From NCBI GenBank assembly GCA_900772235.1, contig CAAGQX010000035.1, forward strand, positions 1 to 29,735: 29,735 nt of DNA. Direction: 5' to 3'. The DNA comes from Clostridia bacterium. GTDB taxonomy: Bacteria; Bacillota; Clostridia; TANB77; CAG-508. Positions 12,789-22,235 of the stretch are shown here, piece after piece. The position numbers and the translations under genes are program-made. Under the pieces are notes generated by a model. That model ran no database searches, was not told the DNA's origin, and saw only the letters and a list, made by a program, of their open reading frames with translations. Every line of letters starts with the position of its first letter. Position 1 is the stretch's first letter.

Positions 12789-15152
12789 ATGAACCCAAAA
12801 ATAGAATTGCTATCGCCGGTAGGAGATTTTGAATGTTTAGTTGCTGCAGTACAAAATGGAGCAGATGCGGTATATTTTGGAGCAGATAAATTTAATGCAA
12901 GAATAAATGGAATAAATTTTTCAAATGAAGAGCTAAAAAAAGCAATAACATATGCAAAACTTAGAAATGTAAAAACATATTTAACATTAAATATTTTAAT
13001 AAAGAATGATGAATTTAAAGAAGCTATTGAGTTAGTAGAATATGCATATGAATGTGGGATAGATGCAATAATAGTTCAAGATTTAGGGCTTGCAAGATTT
13101 ATTATAAAAAATTATCCAGATTTAGAGGTTCACGCAAGTACCCAAATGACAGTACATAATGTAGAAGGAGTTAAAGAACTAAAAAAGTTAGGCTTTAAGC
13201 GAGTGGTACTCTCAAGAGAATTAAATTTAGACGAAATTAAGGATATATATAATCAGACTAAAGAAGATTTAGAAGTATTTGTGCACGGTGCATTATGTAT
13301 TTCTTATTCAGGGCAGTGCTTAATGAGTAGTATTATAGGACAAAGAAGCGGAAATAGAGGAAAATGTGCAGGCACCTGCAGATTGCCATATGAACTTATT
13401 AATAAAAAGGAAAATAAAATTGTGGACAAAGGATATTTACTAAGCTCTAAAGATGTATGTACTTTAGATATATTGCCAGAACTATTAGAAACAGGGGTAA
13501 TGTCTTTAAAAATTGAAGGGAGAATGAAAACTCCGGAATATGTGGGAGTGGTTACATCAATATATAGAAAATATATAGATTTGGCACTAAGCAAAGACAA
13601 ATATATTGTAGATGAAAATGATAAAAAAGAACTAATGCAAGTGTTTAACAAAGGTGGTTTTAGTACAGGCTATCTAAAAGGAAAATTAGGAAAAAATATG
13701 ATGTATACCAAAAGACCTAACCATATTGGAATAGTTTTAGGAACAGTTATTTCCTACAATTCAAATAAAGGATATGTTAAAATAAAATTAAAAGAAAATA
13801 TGGAATTAGGTGATAGCATAAGAATAAACGAAAGTTCTTGCAAATCATCAGAACTTATGAAAAATAATAACAATATCAAAACAGCTAAAACAGGAGAAAT
13901 TGTAACGATAGGAAGAATTAAGGGCAATATAAAAGTAGGTGACATTGTATATAAAACAGTATCTGTATCGTTAGAAAATAAAATAAATCAAACATTAACA
14001 AAAGATGTTAGAAAAAGAAAGGTCTTTTGCAAAGTAGAAATTGAAACAGGAAAAGAAGCAAAAATAGATATATTAGATTTGCAAACCCAAATATCGTCAA
14101 ATGTTATTGGAAACATTGTGGAAAAAGGACAAACACAAGTAGCAAATGAAGAAAGAATAAAAGCCCAAATAAATAAAATGGGTGGAACAGTTTTCGAATT
14201 AGAAAGTATAGTAGTAATCTTATCAAAAGATGCTTACATATCAATAAAAGAGTTAAACGAACTAAGAAGAAAAGCATTAGAAGAATTAGAACAAAAATTA
14301 TTGCAAAAAATATATAGAGATAAGAAAAAAGTTGAATTAGAAGGATTTAATTTAGAAGAAAAGGAACACAGCAAAGTAAGTACAGCGGTCTTATTAAATA
14401 CAATAAATCCAAACTATAACTATAAAGCTTTAAGAGAAATAGATAGAATTTATTTACCAATTTCAGAATTAATTTTAGCAAAAAATTTAAATAAGATTGA
14501 AGAAATAACCAATAATTTAGAAACATACATTTATATGCCAAATATAATTAGAGATGAACATAGAAAAATTATTTATGGAAAAATTGAAGAGCTTTTAAAA
14601 AAATATAAAATACAAGGTTTTGTTGTATCAAACCTATCTCAAATAAAAGAATTGCAAAAATATAATTTAAGATTAATTGGAAATTATACTTTAAATGTAT
14701 TTAACGATGAAACAGCAAAAGAACTAGAAAATTTGAGAATTTCTACAATTACAATATCACCAGAATTGAATGAAGAAGAAATAAGAAGTATAAAAACAAA
14801 TATGAAAAAAGAATTTATAGTTTATGGAAGATTGCCACTTATGACATCAGAATATTGCACCATAGGTACTTTCAAAAACTGTGCTGGTACTTGCACAAAA
14901 GGCGAATACACACTAAAAGACAGAATGAACTTTGAATTTCCAATAAAAACAAATCGAATTAATTGCAACACAACAATATATAACTCGAAAATAACATCAA
15001 TAATGTGGAAAAATTTGAACTTAGATTCAATTAGAATAGATATTTTGGATGAAACAATAGAGGGAATTAATAAAATTGTGGAAATTCATAAGCAAAATAA
15101 AAGGTTAGAAGGGCAAAACTATACAAATGGAAATTTAAAAAAGAATATATAG
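12789..15152 (+). CDS. Peptidase U32 family protein (collagenase-like) with extended C-terminal region
   Basis: IELLSPVGDFECLVAAVQNGADAVYFGADKFNAR, VFVHGALCISYSGQCLMSS, MSLKIEGRMKTPEYV; 787 aa. Confidence 0.93.
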   Translation: MNPKIELLSPVGDFECLVAAVQNGADAVYFGADKFNARINGINFSNEELKKAITYAKLRNVKTYLTLNILIKNDEFKEAIELVEYAYECGIDAIIVQDLGLARFIIKNYPDLEVHASTQMTVHNVEGVKELKKLGFKRVVLSRELNLDEIKDIYNQTKEDLEVFVHGALCISYSGQCLMSSIIGQRSGNRGKCAGTCRLPYELINKKENKIVDKGYLLSSKDVCTLDILPELLETGVMSLKIEGRMKTPEYVGVVTSIYRKYIDLALSKDKYIVDENDKKELMQVFNKGGFSTGYLKGKLGKNMMYTKRPNHIGIVLGTVISYNSNKGYVKIKLKENMELGDSIRINESSCKSSELMKNNNNIKTAKTGEIVTIGRIKGNIKVGDIVYKTVSVSLENKINQTLTKDVRKRKVFCKVEIETGKEAKIDILDLQTQISSNVIGNIVEKGQTQVANEERIKAQINKMGGTVFELESIVVILSKDAYISIKELNELRRKALEELEQKLLQKIYRDKKKVELEGFNLEEKEHSKVSTAVLLNTINPNYNYKALREIDRIYLPISELILAKNLNKIEEITNNLETYIYMPNIIRDEHRKIIYGKIEELLKKYKIQGFVVSNLSQIKELQKYNLRLIGNYTLNVFNDETAKELENLRISTITISPELNEEEIRSIKTNMKKEFIVYGRLPLMTSEYCTIGTFKNCAGTCTKGEYTLKDRMNFEFPIKTNRINCNTTIYNSKITSIMWKNLNLDSIRIDILDETIEGINKIVEIHKQNKRLEGQNYTNGNLKKNI

Positions 15153-15161
15153 AATGGCTAG

Positions 15162-15200
15162 AAAGCACTCATTAACAGGAGAAAAATGAGTGCTTTTAAA
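15162..15200 (+). terminator. Rho-independent terminator
   Basis: AAAGCACTCATT ... AATGAGTGCTTTT. Confidence 0.7.
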
Positions 15201-15311
15201 ATAAATAAAAAAACGAACATTTTTTTGCAAAAACTATTGACATTAAAAAATACATATAGTAAAATATACCCGAACAAGAGTTCTAGAAACAAAAAATAAG
15301 GGGGCACAAAA

Positions 15312-16013
15312 ATGAAATATTTAAATAATAAAAAAGAAGTAATAGTATATTCAGTAAATAGGTATTTTAGCGATGATATATCAATTAATATTCAAAATGG
15401 AGCAGTAGTTGTAAATGCCCCTTGGTTCTTTTCGGATAGTAAAATTAGAAGAATAATTGAAGAAAAGAAAAATGTAATATTAAACAAAATAAAAGAATAC
15501 GAAGAAAAACAAAAATCATATATAAGAAATGAAATTGTTAAAGTATTAGGGGAAGATTGTAAAGTAATAATAAACTATAAAAATTTAAAAAAACCAACAT
15601 TAACATTAGAAGGAAAGAGCCTTACAATCTGTTTACCTAACAAATATAAAAAAATTACAGATAGAGATGAAATTTTACAAAAACTAATTGAAAAATTATA
15701 CGACAAAATTGCACAAGAAGAAATAGAAGGTGTAATGGAAAAAATAAGGCAAATATTAAAAATAGCACCAGAAGATTATAAAATAGAAAGATTAGATGAA
15801 AAAACTATGGCAGAATTTAACTTCGAACAAAATGTAATAACAATAAATCCAGATATAGTAAAATATTCAAAAGAAGAAATAGAGTTTATAGTATTTCACG
15901 AGTTTTGCCATTTGAAATACAAAACTCATTGCCAAAAATTCCAAGAAATGGTAAAAAAGTATAATCCAAATTATCTAAAATATGAAGAAAAATTAAAAGA
16001 AATTAACTTTTAA
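15312..16013 (+). CDS. YgjP-like/DUF45-type metal-dependent hydrolase family protein
   Basis: FIVFHEFCHLKYKTHCQKFQEMVKKYNPNY matches the HExxH...H...F architecture of the YgjP family. Confidence 0.8.
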   Translation: MKYLNNKKEVIVYSVNRYFSDDISINIQNGAVVVNAPWFFSDSKIRRIIEEKKNVILNKIKEYEEKQKSYIRNEIVKVLGEDCKVIINYKNLKKPTLTLEGKSLTICLPNKYKKITDRDEILQKLIEKLYDKIAQEEIEGVMEKIRQILKIAPEDYKIERLDEKTMAEFNFEQNVITINPDIVKYSKEEIEFIVFHEFCHLKYKTHCQKFQEMVKKYNPNYLKYEEKLKEINF

Positions 16014-16145
16014 TATGTCCGTAAACACTTGAATTATCGAAATTTGTCGAAATATTTTTTAGAAAATTTAAGTAATAACATTGACAAAAAGAAAAATAAA
16101 TAATACAATTGCCTCATCTTAAAAAACATAAGAGGAGGTGAAAAA

Positions 16146-16640
16146 ATGTCAGCAGAATTTGAAGAAAAAGTTTTAGAAAAATTGGGACATATTGATAATA
16201 GGTTAGACAAAATAGAAAGAACACAAGATGATACTTTTGAACATCTAAGAAACTTTGAACTATTTACAATCTTAAAATTTCAAGAATATGATGAAAGGTT
16301 TAATAAAATAGACCAAAAATTTGAAGAGGTAGACCAAAGATTTAAAGAAATAAGCCAAAGATTTGAAAAGATAGACCAAAGATTTAAAGAAATAGGCCAA
16401 AGATTTGAAAAAATAGACCAAAGGTTTGAAGAAGTAGGCCAAAGATTTAAAGAGATAGACCAAAGGTTTGAAGAAGTAGACCAAAGATTTGAAAAAATTG
16501 ATCAAAACTTCAAAGAAGTTAACAAAAGCTTCAAGGAAATTAATCAAACTCTTAAAAGACATGAGGTTGAAATTAAAAAAATGTCTCAAGATATGCAAGT
16601 TACAAAGGAAGCAGTAATACTAATGGAACAAAAGATATAG
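16146..16640 (+). CDS. Heptad-repeat coiled-coil protein, probably 3'-truncated
   Basis: Tandem QRFEKIDQRFKEIGQRFEKIDQRFEEVG repeats encoded by ~21-nt DNA repeats; AGGAGGTG ribosome-binding site. Confidence 0.75.
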   Translation: MSAEFEEKVLEKLGHIDNRLDKIERTQDDTFEHLRNFELFTILKFQEYDERFNKIDQKFEEVDQRFKEISQRFEKIDQRFKEIGQRFEKIDQRFEEVGQRFKEIDQRFEEVDQRFEKIDQNFKEVNKSFKEINQTLKRHEVEIKKMSQDMQVTKEAVILMEQKI

Positions 16641-16780
16641 TTAGAAATACCAGCATTATTTGATGGATATTCTATGCATCAAGAAAAGCAAGAAAGACAA
16701 GAAATGCAATTAATTCTTTAAATTTAAAAGTTGAAAAGCACGATGCGAGAATTTCATATCTGGAAGAAAAAGTAATTTGA
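16641..16780 (+). pseudogene. Decayed 3' end of the coiled-coil gene
   Basis: After TAG the same frame continues LEIPALFDGYSMHQEKQERQEMQLIL*, then another frame gives TRNAINSLNLKVEKHDARISYLEEKVI*. Confidence 0.6.
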
Positions 16781-17009
16781 GGCTCATTAAATTACTATAT
16801 TCAAAGCAAGCAGAAAAGAAGTTTAAAAGTGTAATTAGACATTAGTCTGATTATAGCTTTAAGCTTCTTTTCTGCTATTTATGTAATAAAAAAATGAATT
16901 TATGTAGGCAAAATGGGTTAATAAGAACAAAACTAAATCTTGTACTTATTTAAAAATATAAAATTATTTATAAAAATACACACTTTTTAAACCGATTGCC
17001 GTAATTTCA

Positions 17010-17067
17010 TTGACTTTTTTCGAAAAAAATTATACAATAAGTGTGCTAATTTGAATTTAGCACACTT
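17010..17067 (+). promoter_or_regulatory. Putative minD-minE promoter (TTGACT 17010-17015, TACAAT 17033-17038) immediately followed by a leader hairpin
   Basis: 17-nt spacer; AAGTGTGCTAA (17039-17049)/TTAGCACACTT (17057-17067) perfect 11-bp stem followed by AATTTTTTG. Confidence 0.55.
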
Positions 17068-17113
17068 AATTTTTTGTATAGCAAACTTTAAGTCTTGTTA
17101 GGAGGATAGATTT

Positions 17114-17908
17114 ATGGGAGAAGTAATAGTTATAACATCAGGAAAAGGTGGAGTTGGTAAAACAACTACAACTGCAAATTTAGGGTCTAGCTTAGCAATG
17201 GAAGGGAAAAAAGTAGTATTAGTAGATACTGATATTGGACTAAGAAACTTAGATGTTGTTATGGGACTTGAAAACAGAATAGTATATGACTTAGTTGATG
17301 TTATAGAAGAAAAGTGTAAACTAAGACAAGCCTTAATAAAAGATAAAAGATTTGAGGAATTGTTTTTATTACCAGCAGCTCAAACAAGAGATAAAACAGC
17401 AATAAATGAAGAACAAATGAAGGAATTAACAAAAAAATTAAAAGAAGAGTTTGACTATGTACTTATAGACTGCCCAGCAGGGATAGAACAAGGATTTAAA
17501 AATGCAGTATGTGGTGCAGATAGAGCAATAGTTGTAACAACAGCAGAAATATCTGCAATAAGGGATGCAGACAGAATAATAGGCCTATTGGAATCATCAG
17601 ACATAAAGAACCCAGAACTAATAGTAAACAGGTTAAGACCAGGAATGGTTAAAAAAGGTGAAATGATGGATGTGGATGATATAGTAGATTTATTATCCAT
17701 AGATTTAATAGGAGTTGTGCCAGATGACGAATATATAATAACACAAACAAACAAAGGCGAACCTGTTATAAAGAATAAAAAAGCTCCATCAGGAAAAGCC
17801 TACATAGAAACAGCTAAAAGAATATTAGGTGAAAATATAGATGTAACTATACCGGGAAAAGAAACTGGATTTTGGGCAAAATTAAAAAATATTTTTAAAA
17901 GAAAATAA
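17114..17908 (+). CDS. minD: Septum site-determining protein MinD
   Basis: VIVITSGKGGVGKTTTTANLGSSLAMEGKKVVLVDTDIGLRNLDVVMGLENR. Confidence 0.98.
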   Translation: MGEVIVITSGKGGVGKTTTTANLGSSLAMEGKKVVLVDTDIGLRNLDVVMGLENRIVYDLVDVIEEKCKLRQALIKDKRFEELFLLPAAQTRDKTAINEEQMKELTKKLKEEFDYVLIDCPAGIEQGFKNAVCGADRAIVVTTAEISAIRDADRIIGLLESSDIKNPELIVNRLRPGMVKKGEMMDVDDIVDLLSIDLIGVVPDDEYIITQTNKGEPVIKNKKAPSGKAYIETAKRILGENIDVTIPGKETGFWAKLKNIFKRK

Positions 17909-17948
17909 ATAATTATATTTAGTATAAAATAATTGGGAGGCAATACAT

Positions 17949-18497
17949 ATGTTCGAAAGCATAATGAATTTTTTCAAAAAACTAGGAAAAACAGAAAATA
18001 ATAAAGAAACAAAAAGTAAAGAAACAGCAAAAGAAAGACTACATCTTGTATTAATGCAAGACAGAGCAAATGTATCTGCTGACTTTTTAGAAATGATGAA
18101 GCAAGAAATTATAGAAGTAATTAAAAAATATATAGAAGTGGACGAAAAAGAAATTGATGTTAGGCTTACAAACGAAGTAAAAGACGATGGAACAACTGGA
18201 GCTCCTTCTTTGTATGCTAACATTCCAATAGTAAATATTAAAAATGAAATGAAAAAGGAAATGAACCAAAAGGCAGAGACAGAAAAGAGAGAAGAAGAAG
18301 AGAAAGCAAAAGCAGAAGATAAAGAAAAACCAGTTGAAGATGTAGAAAAAGAAGAAAAGAATGAAGAAAAAATAGAAGAGCCAAAGCAAGAAGAAGATAA
18401 AGATGAAAAAGAAGAAAAGGAAGAAATTGAAACAAAAGTAGAAGTTGAAGAAACAGAAAATAAAGAAAATAATAGTGATAAAAAAAGCGGAGAATAA
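17949..18497 (+). CDS. minE: Cell division topological specificity factor MinE with long charged C-terminal tail
   Basis: Position after minD; KETAKERLHLVLMQDRANVSADFLEMMKQEIIEVIKKYIEVDEKEIDV; ~90-aa Glu/Lys-rich tail. Confidence 0.9.
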   Translation: MFESIMNFFKKLGKTENNKETKSKETAKERLHLVLMQDRANVSADFLEMMKQEIIEVIKKYIEVDEKEIDVRLTNEVKDDGTTGAPSLYANIPIVNIKNEMKKEMNQKAETEKREEEEKAKAEDKEKPVEDVEKEEKNEEKIEEPKQEEDKDEKEEKEEIETKVEVEETENKENNSDKKSGE

Positions 18498-18564
18498 TCC
18501 GCTTTTATAATATATGAAAAAATGTTAATTATATAAACAGAGTGAAATTTATGAAAGGAACTAA

Positions 18565-19673
18565 ATGAATAAGAAAAGATTAAAAAGTGCAGAATGGAAA
18601 ATTTTAATATATGTGTCATTACTATTAATAATTGGTTTAATAGCTTTATATAGTGCTTCAACATCTACAGAATTTGCTGAATTTAAAAAACAAATAATGT
18701 GGATTGCTATTAGCATACCAATACTTTTATTTATGATGTTAGTAGACTACAAAATACTTGCAAGGTTTTCAGTATTTTTTTATGCAATATCAATTATATT
18801 ACTAGTACTTGTATTATTAACCGAAAGAATTAATGGTGCAAGAAGCTGGTTTAATATAGGGGGATTTTCTCTACAACCAGGCGAAATAGCTAAAATTGCG
18901 GTAATCTTATTTGTGTCTAATGTAATAAGCAAAATGCGGATACAATCAAGACAAAAAAATAAATGAACCATTAAATTTAGTAAAAATAATTGGCATAGTA
19001 ATGCTACCAGTGTTATTAATTGCATTAGAACCCGATTATGGAACAGCTACAGCATATATTTTTGGCTTGATATTTATACTATTTGTAGCAGGAATTGATA
19101 AAAGATATATAATTGTAGCAGTAACACTTGTAGTGATTATAGTACCACTTCTATATTTGTTTGTATTACCAGAACACGCTAAAGCTAGAATAGATGTGTA
19201 CTTAAACCCATATTCAGATCCCAGAGGAGATGGGTATAACATAATACAATCGGAAATAGCAATAGGTGCGGGACAATTATTTGGATTAGGCTTTTTGAAA
19301 GGAACACAAACTCATTTAGGGTATTTGTATCCTAAAACGACAGATTTTATATATTCACTAATTGGAGAGGAATTTGGCTTTATTGTATGTAGCATAATTG
19401 TAATAATATATGTAATGCTTATTACAAAATGTATATCTGTTGCAAAAACTGCAGAAGATAATTTAGGCTCATATATTGCAATTGGACTTTCTCGGTATAC
19501 TATTTTTCCACGTGCTAGAAAATATAGGGATGACCATAGGACTTTTACCAATTACAGGTGTACCATTACCATTTATTAGTTATGGTGGAAGTTCAATGCT
19601 AACTAATATGATGGCAATAGGATTAATTTTAAATGTAAGCTATCATAAAAAAACATTAATATTTAATAAATAG
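18565..19673 (+). CDS. rodA: Rod shape-determining protein RodA/FtsW/SpoVE family, reading requires two +1 shifts at CGG codons 18937-18939 and 19493-19495
   Basis: TERINGARSWFNIGGFSLQPGEIAKIAVILFVSNVISKM-[C]-GYNQDKKINEPLNLVKIIGIVMLPVLLIALEPDYGTA...YIAIGLS-[C][48 protein letters not shown]. Confidence 0.92.
18937..18939 (+). other. Candidate recoding site 3: in-frame CGG, +1 shift to GGA
   Basis: agc aaa atg C|GGA TAC AAT CAA GAC AAA; joins the two RodA ORFs seamlessly. Confidence 0.85.
19493..19495 (+). other. Candidate recoding site 4: in-frame CGG, +1 shift to GGT
   Basis: gga ctt tct C|GGT ATA CTA TTT TTC CAC GTG; restores the conserved [17 protein letters not shown] segment. Confidence 0.88.
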
Positions 19674-19681
19674 AGGTAAAA

Positions 19682-20663
19682 ATGTATATAAAAAAGTTGG
19701 AAATAGGAAATGTAAAACTAGAAAATAATGTATTGTTAGCACCAATGGCAGGAATAACAGATGCATCATTTAGAAAAATATGTAAGAAATATGGAAATCC
19801 TGGCTTAGTTTATACAGAAATGGCTAGTAGTAAAGCCATATTTTATGGAGATGAGAAAACAGATAAATTAATTAAAACAGACGGGGAAAAAAGACCAATA
19901 GCAATACAAATTTTTGGGAGTGACCCAGAAGTTATGGCAAGTTCGGCAAAGCAGGTTGCTAAATATGCAGATATCATAGACATAAATATGGGATGCCCAG
20001 CACCTAAGGTTGTAAAAAATGGAGATGGAAGTAAACTGTTATTGAACTTAGAACTAGTAGAGCAAATCGTAAAAAAAGTAGTAGAAAGTGTAGACATACC
20101 AGTAACTGTAAAAATAAGAAAAGGATGGGACAGTGAAAACATAGTTGCGGTTCAGGCTGCAAAAGTTATAGAAAGAGCAGGAGCAAAAGCAATTACTGTA
20201 CACGGAAGAACAAGAGCTCAATACTATTCTGGGCAAGTAGATTTAGACATAATAAAAGAAGTAAAAGAAAATGTAAAAATACCTGTAATAGGAAATGGAG
20301 ATATAAAAACTCCAGAAGATGCAATAAGAATGTTTGAATACACAGGTGTGGACGGAATTATGGTAGGAAGAGGAGCTCTTCGGAGCACCTTGGACTTTAA
20401 AAGAAATAATAAATAAACTCGAAAACAAAGAAAGCGAAATTATTACATTAGATGAGAAATTAAATATAATACTAGAACATATGAATTTAGTAATACAAGA
20501 CAAAGGCGAATACATAGGAGTTCGAGAAATGAGAAAACACATATGTTGGTATTTAAAAAATTTAAAAGATTCTAGTAAAATAAGAGAAAAGATAAATAAA
20601 TTAGAAACTAAGGAAGAAGTTGAAATGGAATTGAGAAAATATTTTGAAGAATTAAAACATTAA
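19682..20663 (+). CDS. dusB: tRNA-dihydrouridine synthase DusB, reading requires one +1 shift at CGG codon 20381-20383
   Basis: LAPMAGITDASFRKICKKYGNPGLVYTEM, GCPAPKVVKNGDGSKLL, GVDGIMVGRGAL-[C]-GAPWTLKEIINKLE...MRKHICWYLKNLKDSSKIREKINKLETKEEVEMELRKYFEELKH*. Confidence 0.93.
20381..20383 (+). other. Candidate recoding site 5: in-frame CGG, +1 shift to GGA
   Basis: gga gct ctt C|GGA GCA CCT TGG; restores the GRGALGxPW motif. Confidence 0.87.
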
Positions 20664-20740
20664 ATATAAACTCCTGCGGTGGGCTAAAAAGTGCATACAA
20701 AGAAATTTCTATTATTGTTATAAAATAATAAAATGAGGGA

Positions 20741-20772
20741 AAAATATACTTATCAGCTGATAAGTATATTTT
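20741..20772. repeat. 32-nt perfect zero-loop palindrome
   Basis: AAAATATACTTATCAG|CTGATAAGTATATTTT. Confidence 0.9.
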
Positions 20773-20944
20773 AAATTTGGTTATTGCCATATATCAAAAC
20801 AGCTTAGGTTTACATATTATATAATGAGATAGAAATAAATAAAAAACTTAATATAAAAATATAGATATCTCAAAAAACACAAAATACCAATATTTAAAAT
20901 ATAAAACAAACAATAAATATATAAAATAAGTGAGAGTGAAAAAT

Positions 20945-21292
20945 ATGGTAATCAAAAGAGGAGATATGTTTTATGCAGATTTAAGCCCGGTAGTAGGGTC
21001 TGAACAAGGGGGAGTAAGACCGGTATTAGTAATACAAAACAATGTTGGTAATAAGTATAGTCCAACAGTAATTGTTTCGGCAATTACATCTCAATTAAAC
21101 AAAAGCAAATTACCAACCCACATAGAGTTAGACTCTGAGGAGTTTGGATTAAAATCGGATTCAATAATTCTTACAGAACAAATAAGAACAATAGATAAAA
21201 GTAGACTAAAAGAAAAAATAGGGCATATAAACGATACACAAGTTATGAGTAAAATCGACAATGCATTAGGAGTAAGTTTCGGCTTAGAATAA
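20945..21292 (+). CDS. MazF/PemK-type (NdoA-like) endoribonuclease toxin
   Basis: [50 protein letters not shown]. Confidence 0.93.
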   Translation: MVIKRGDMFYADLSPVVGSEQGGVRPVLVIQNNVGNKYSPTVIVSAITSQLNKSKLPTHIELDSEEFGLKSDSIILTEQIRTIDKSRLKEKIGHINDTQVMSKIDNALGVSFGLE

Positions 21293-21295
21293 TAA

Positions 21296-21335
21296 AGGTC
21301 ACTTAACGAAATCTTTTTTCGTTAGGTGGCTTTTT
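21296..21335 (+). terminator. Rho-independent terminator
   Basis: GTCACTTAACGAA-ATCTTT-TTCGTTAGGTGGCTTTTT, stem with G:U pairs. Confidence 0.75.
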
Positions 21336-21399
21336 ATTTGACATATGTTTACATATAATATAAAATGCTTTTTAGAAAAATATTGGAGGAACTTATAAT

Positions 21400-22215
21400 A
21401 TGAGTAACATAGGAATAGATATAGGAACAACTAACATTAAAATAATTGAAACAGATGAAAATTTAAAAATAAAAAATAAAGCAATATTTGCAAGAATAGA
21501 CCCTAATATTGCTTTAGAAAATTTTGTGAATACAAACAACATTAATATGAATAATGTGGAGAAAATTGCTATAACAGGAATTGGAACAGACAAGTTTATT
21601 AAAGAAAAATATAAATCTACTATAATAGAAGTTCCAGAATTTATTGCAATTGGCAACTGCGGAAAAATAGCCCTAAAAAATGAGGATTTTGTAGTAGCGA
21701 GTGCGGGAACAGGAACAGCATTTATAAAAAATAAAGATGGCATAATTACACATATGGGAGGAACGGGAATAGGAGGAGGAACATTAATAAATTTATGCAA
21801 AAGCGTTATTCCTAACACAACTTTTAAAGAAATAAATGAAGCAATAAAAAAAGGAAACTTAGAGAATGTAGATTTAAAAATTAAAGATGTAACTACAAAT
21901 AACATAGCAACACTTCCAAAAGATACGACGGCAGTAAACTTTGGAAAATTGGATAATAATGCAACAAAAGAAGATGTAGTTTTAGGAATTGTAAATATGA
22001 TATTTGAAACAATAGGAGTAATGTCTGCATTAATTGCAAAAGGTGATAATATAAAAAAAATTATTGTTACAGGACAGATTGCAAAAATACCATATGCAAA
22101 AGAGGTATTAAACAAAATAGAAATACTACATAATGTGGAATTTATAATTCCAGAAAATGCAGAATATATGACTGCATTAGGGGCAATATTTTATTGTAGC
22201 AACAAAAATATTTAG
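21400..22215 (+). CDS. coaW: Type II pantothenate kinase
   Basis: NIGIDIGTTNIKIIETDENL, VVASAGTGTAFI, MGGTGIGGGTLINLCK. Confidence 0.85.
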   Translation: MSNIGIDIGTTNIKIIETDENLKIKNKAIFARIDPNIALENFVNTNNINMNNVEKIAITGIGTDKFIKEKYKSTIIEVPEFIAIGNCGKIALKNEDFVVASAGTGTAFIKNKDGIITHMGGTGIGGGTLINLCKSVIPNTTFKEINEAIKKGNLENVDLKIKDVTTNNIATLPKDTTAVNFGKLDNNATKEDVVLGIVNMIFETIGVMSALIAKGDNIKKIIVTGQIAKIPYAKEVLNKIEILHNVEFIIPENAEYMTALGAIFYCSNKNI

Positions 22216-22235
22216 CAGAAAAATTGAGATTTGTG

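Noticed and set aside
16200-16580. Tandem ~21-nt repeats as a possible CRISPR or satellite array
   Set aside because: Repeats are contiguous, in frame, and encode heptads of a coiled coil; no spacers.
17882-18664. Large minus-strand Phe/Ser-rich ORF opposite minE
   Set aside because: Product of the Glu/Lys-rich minE tail read antisense; no family features.
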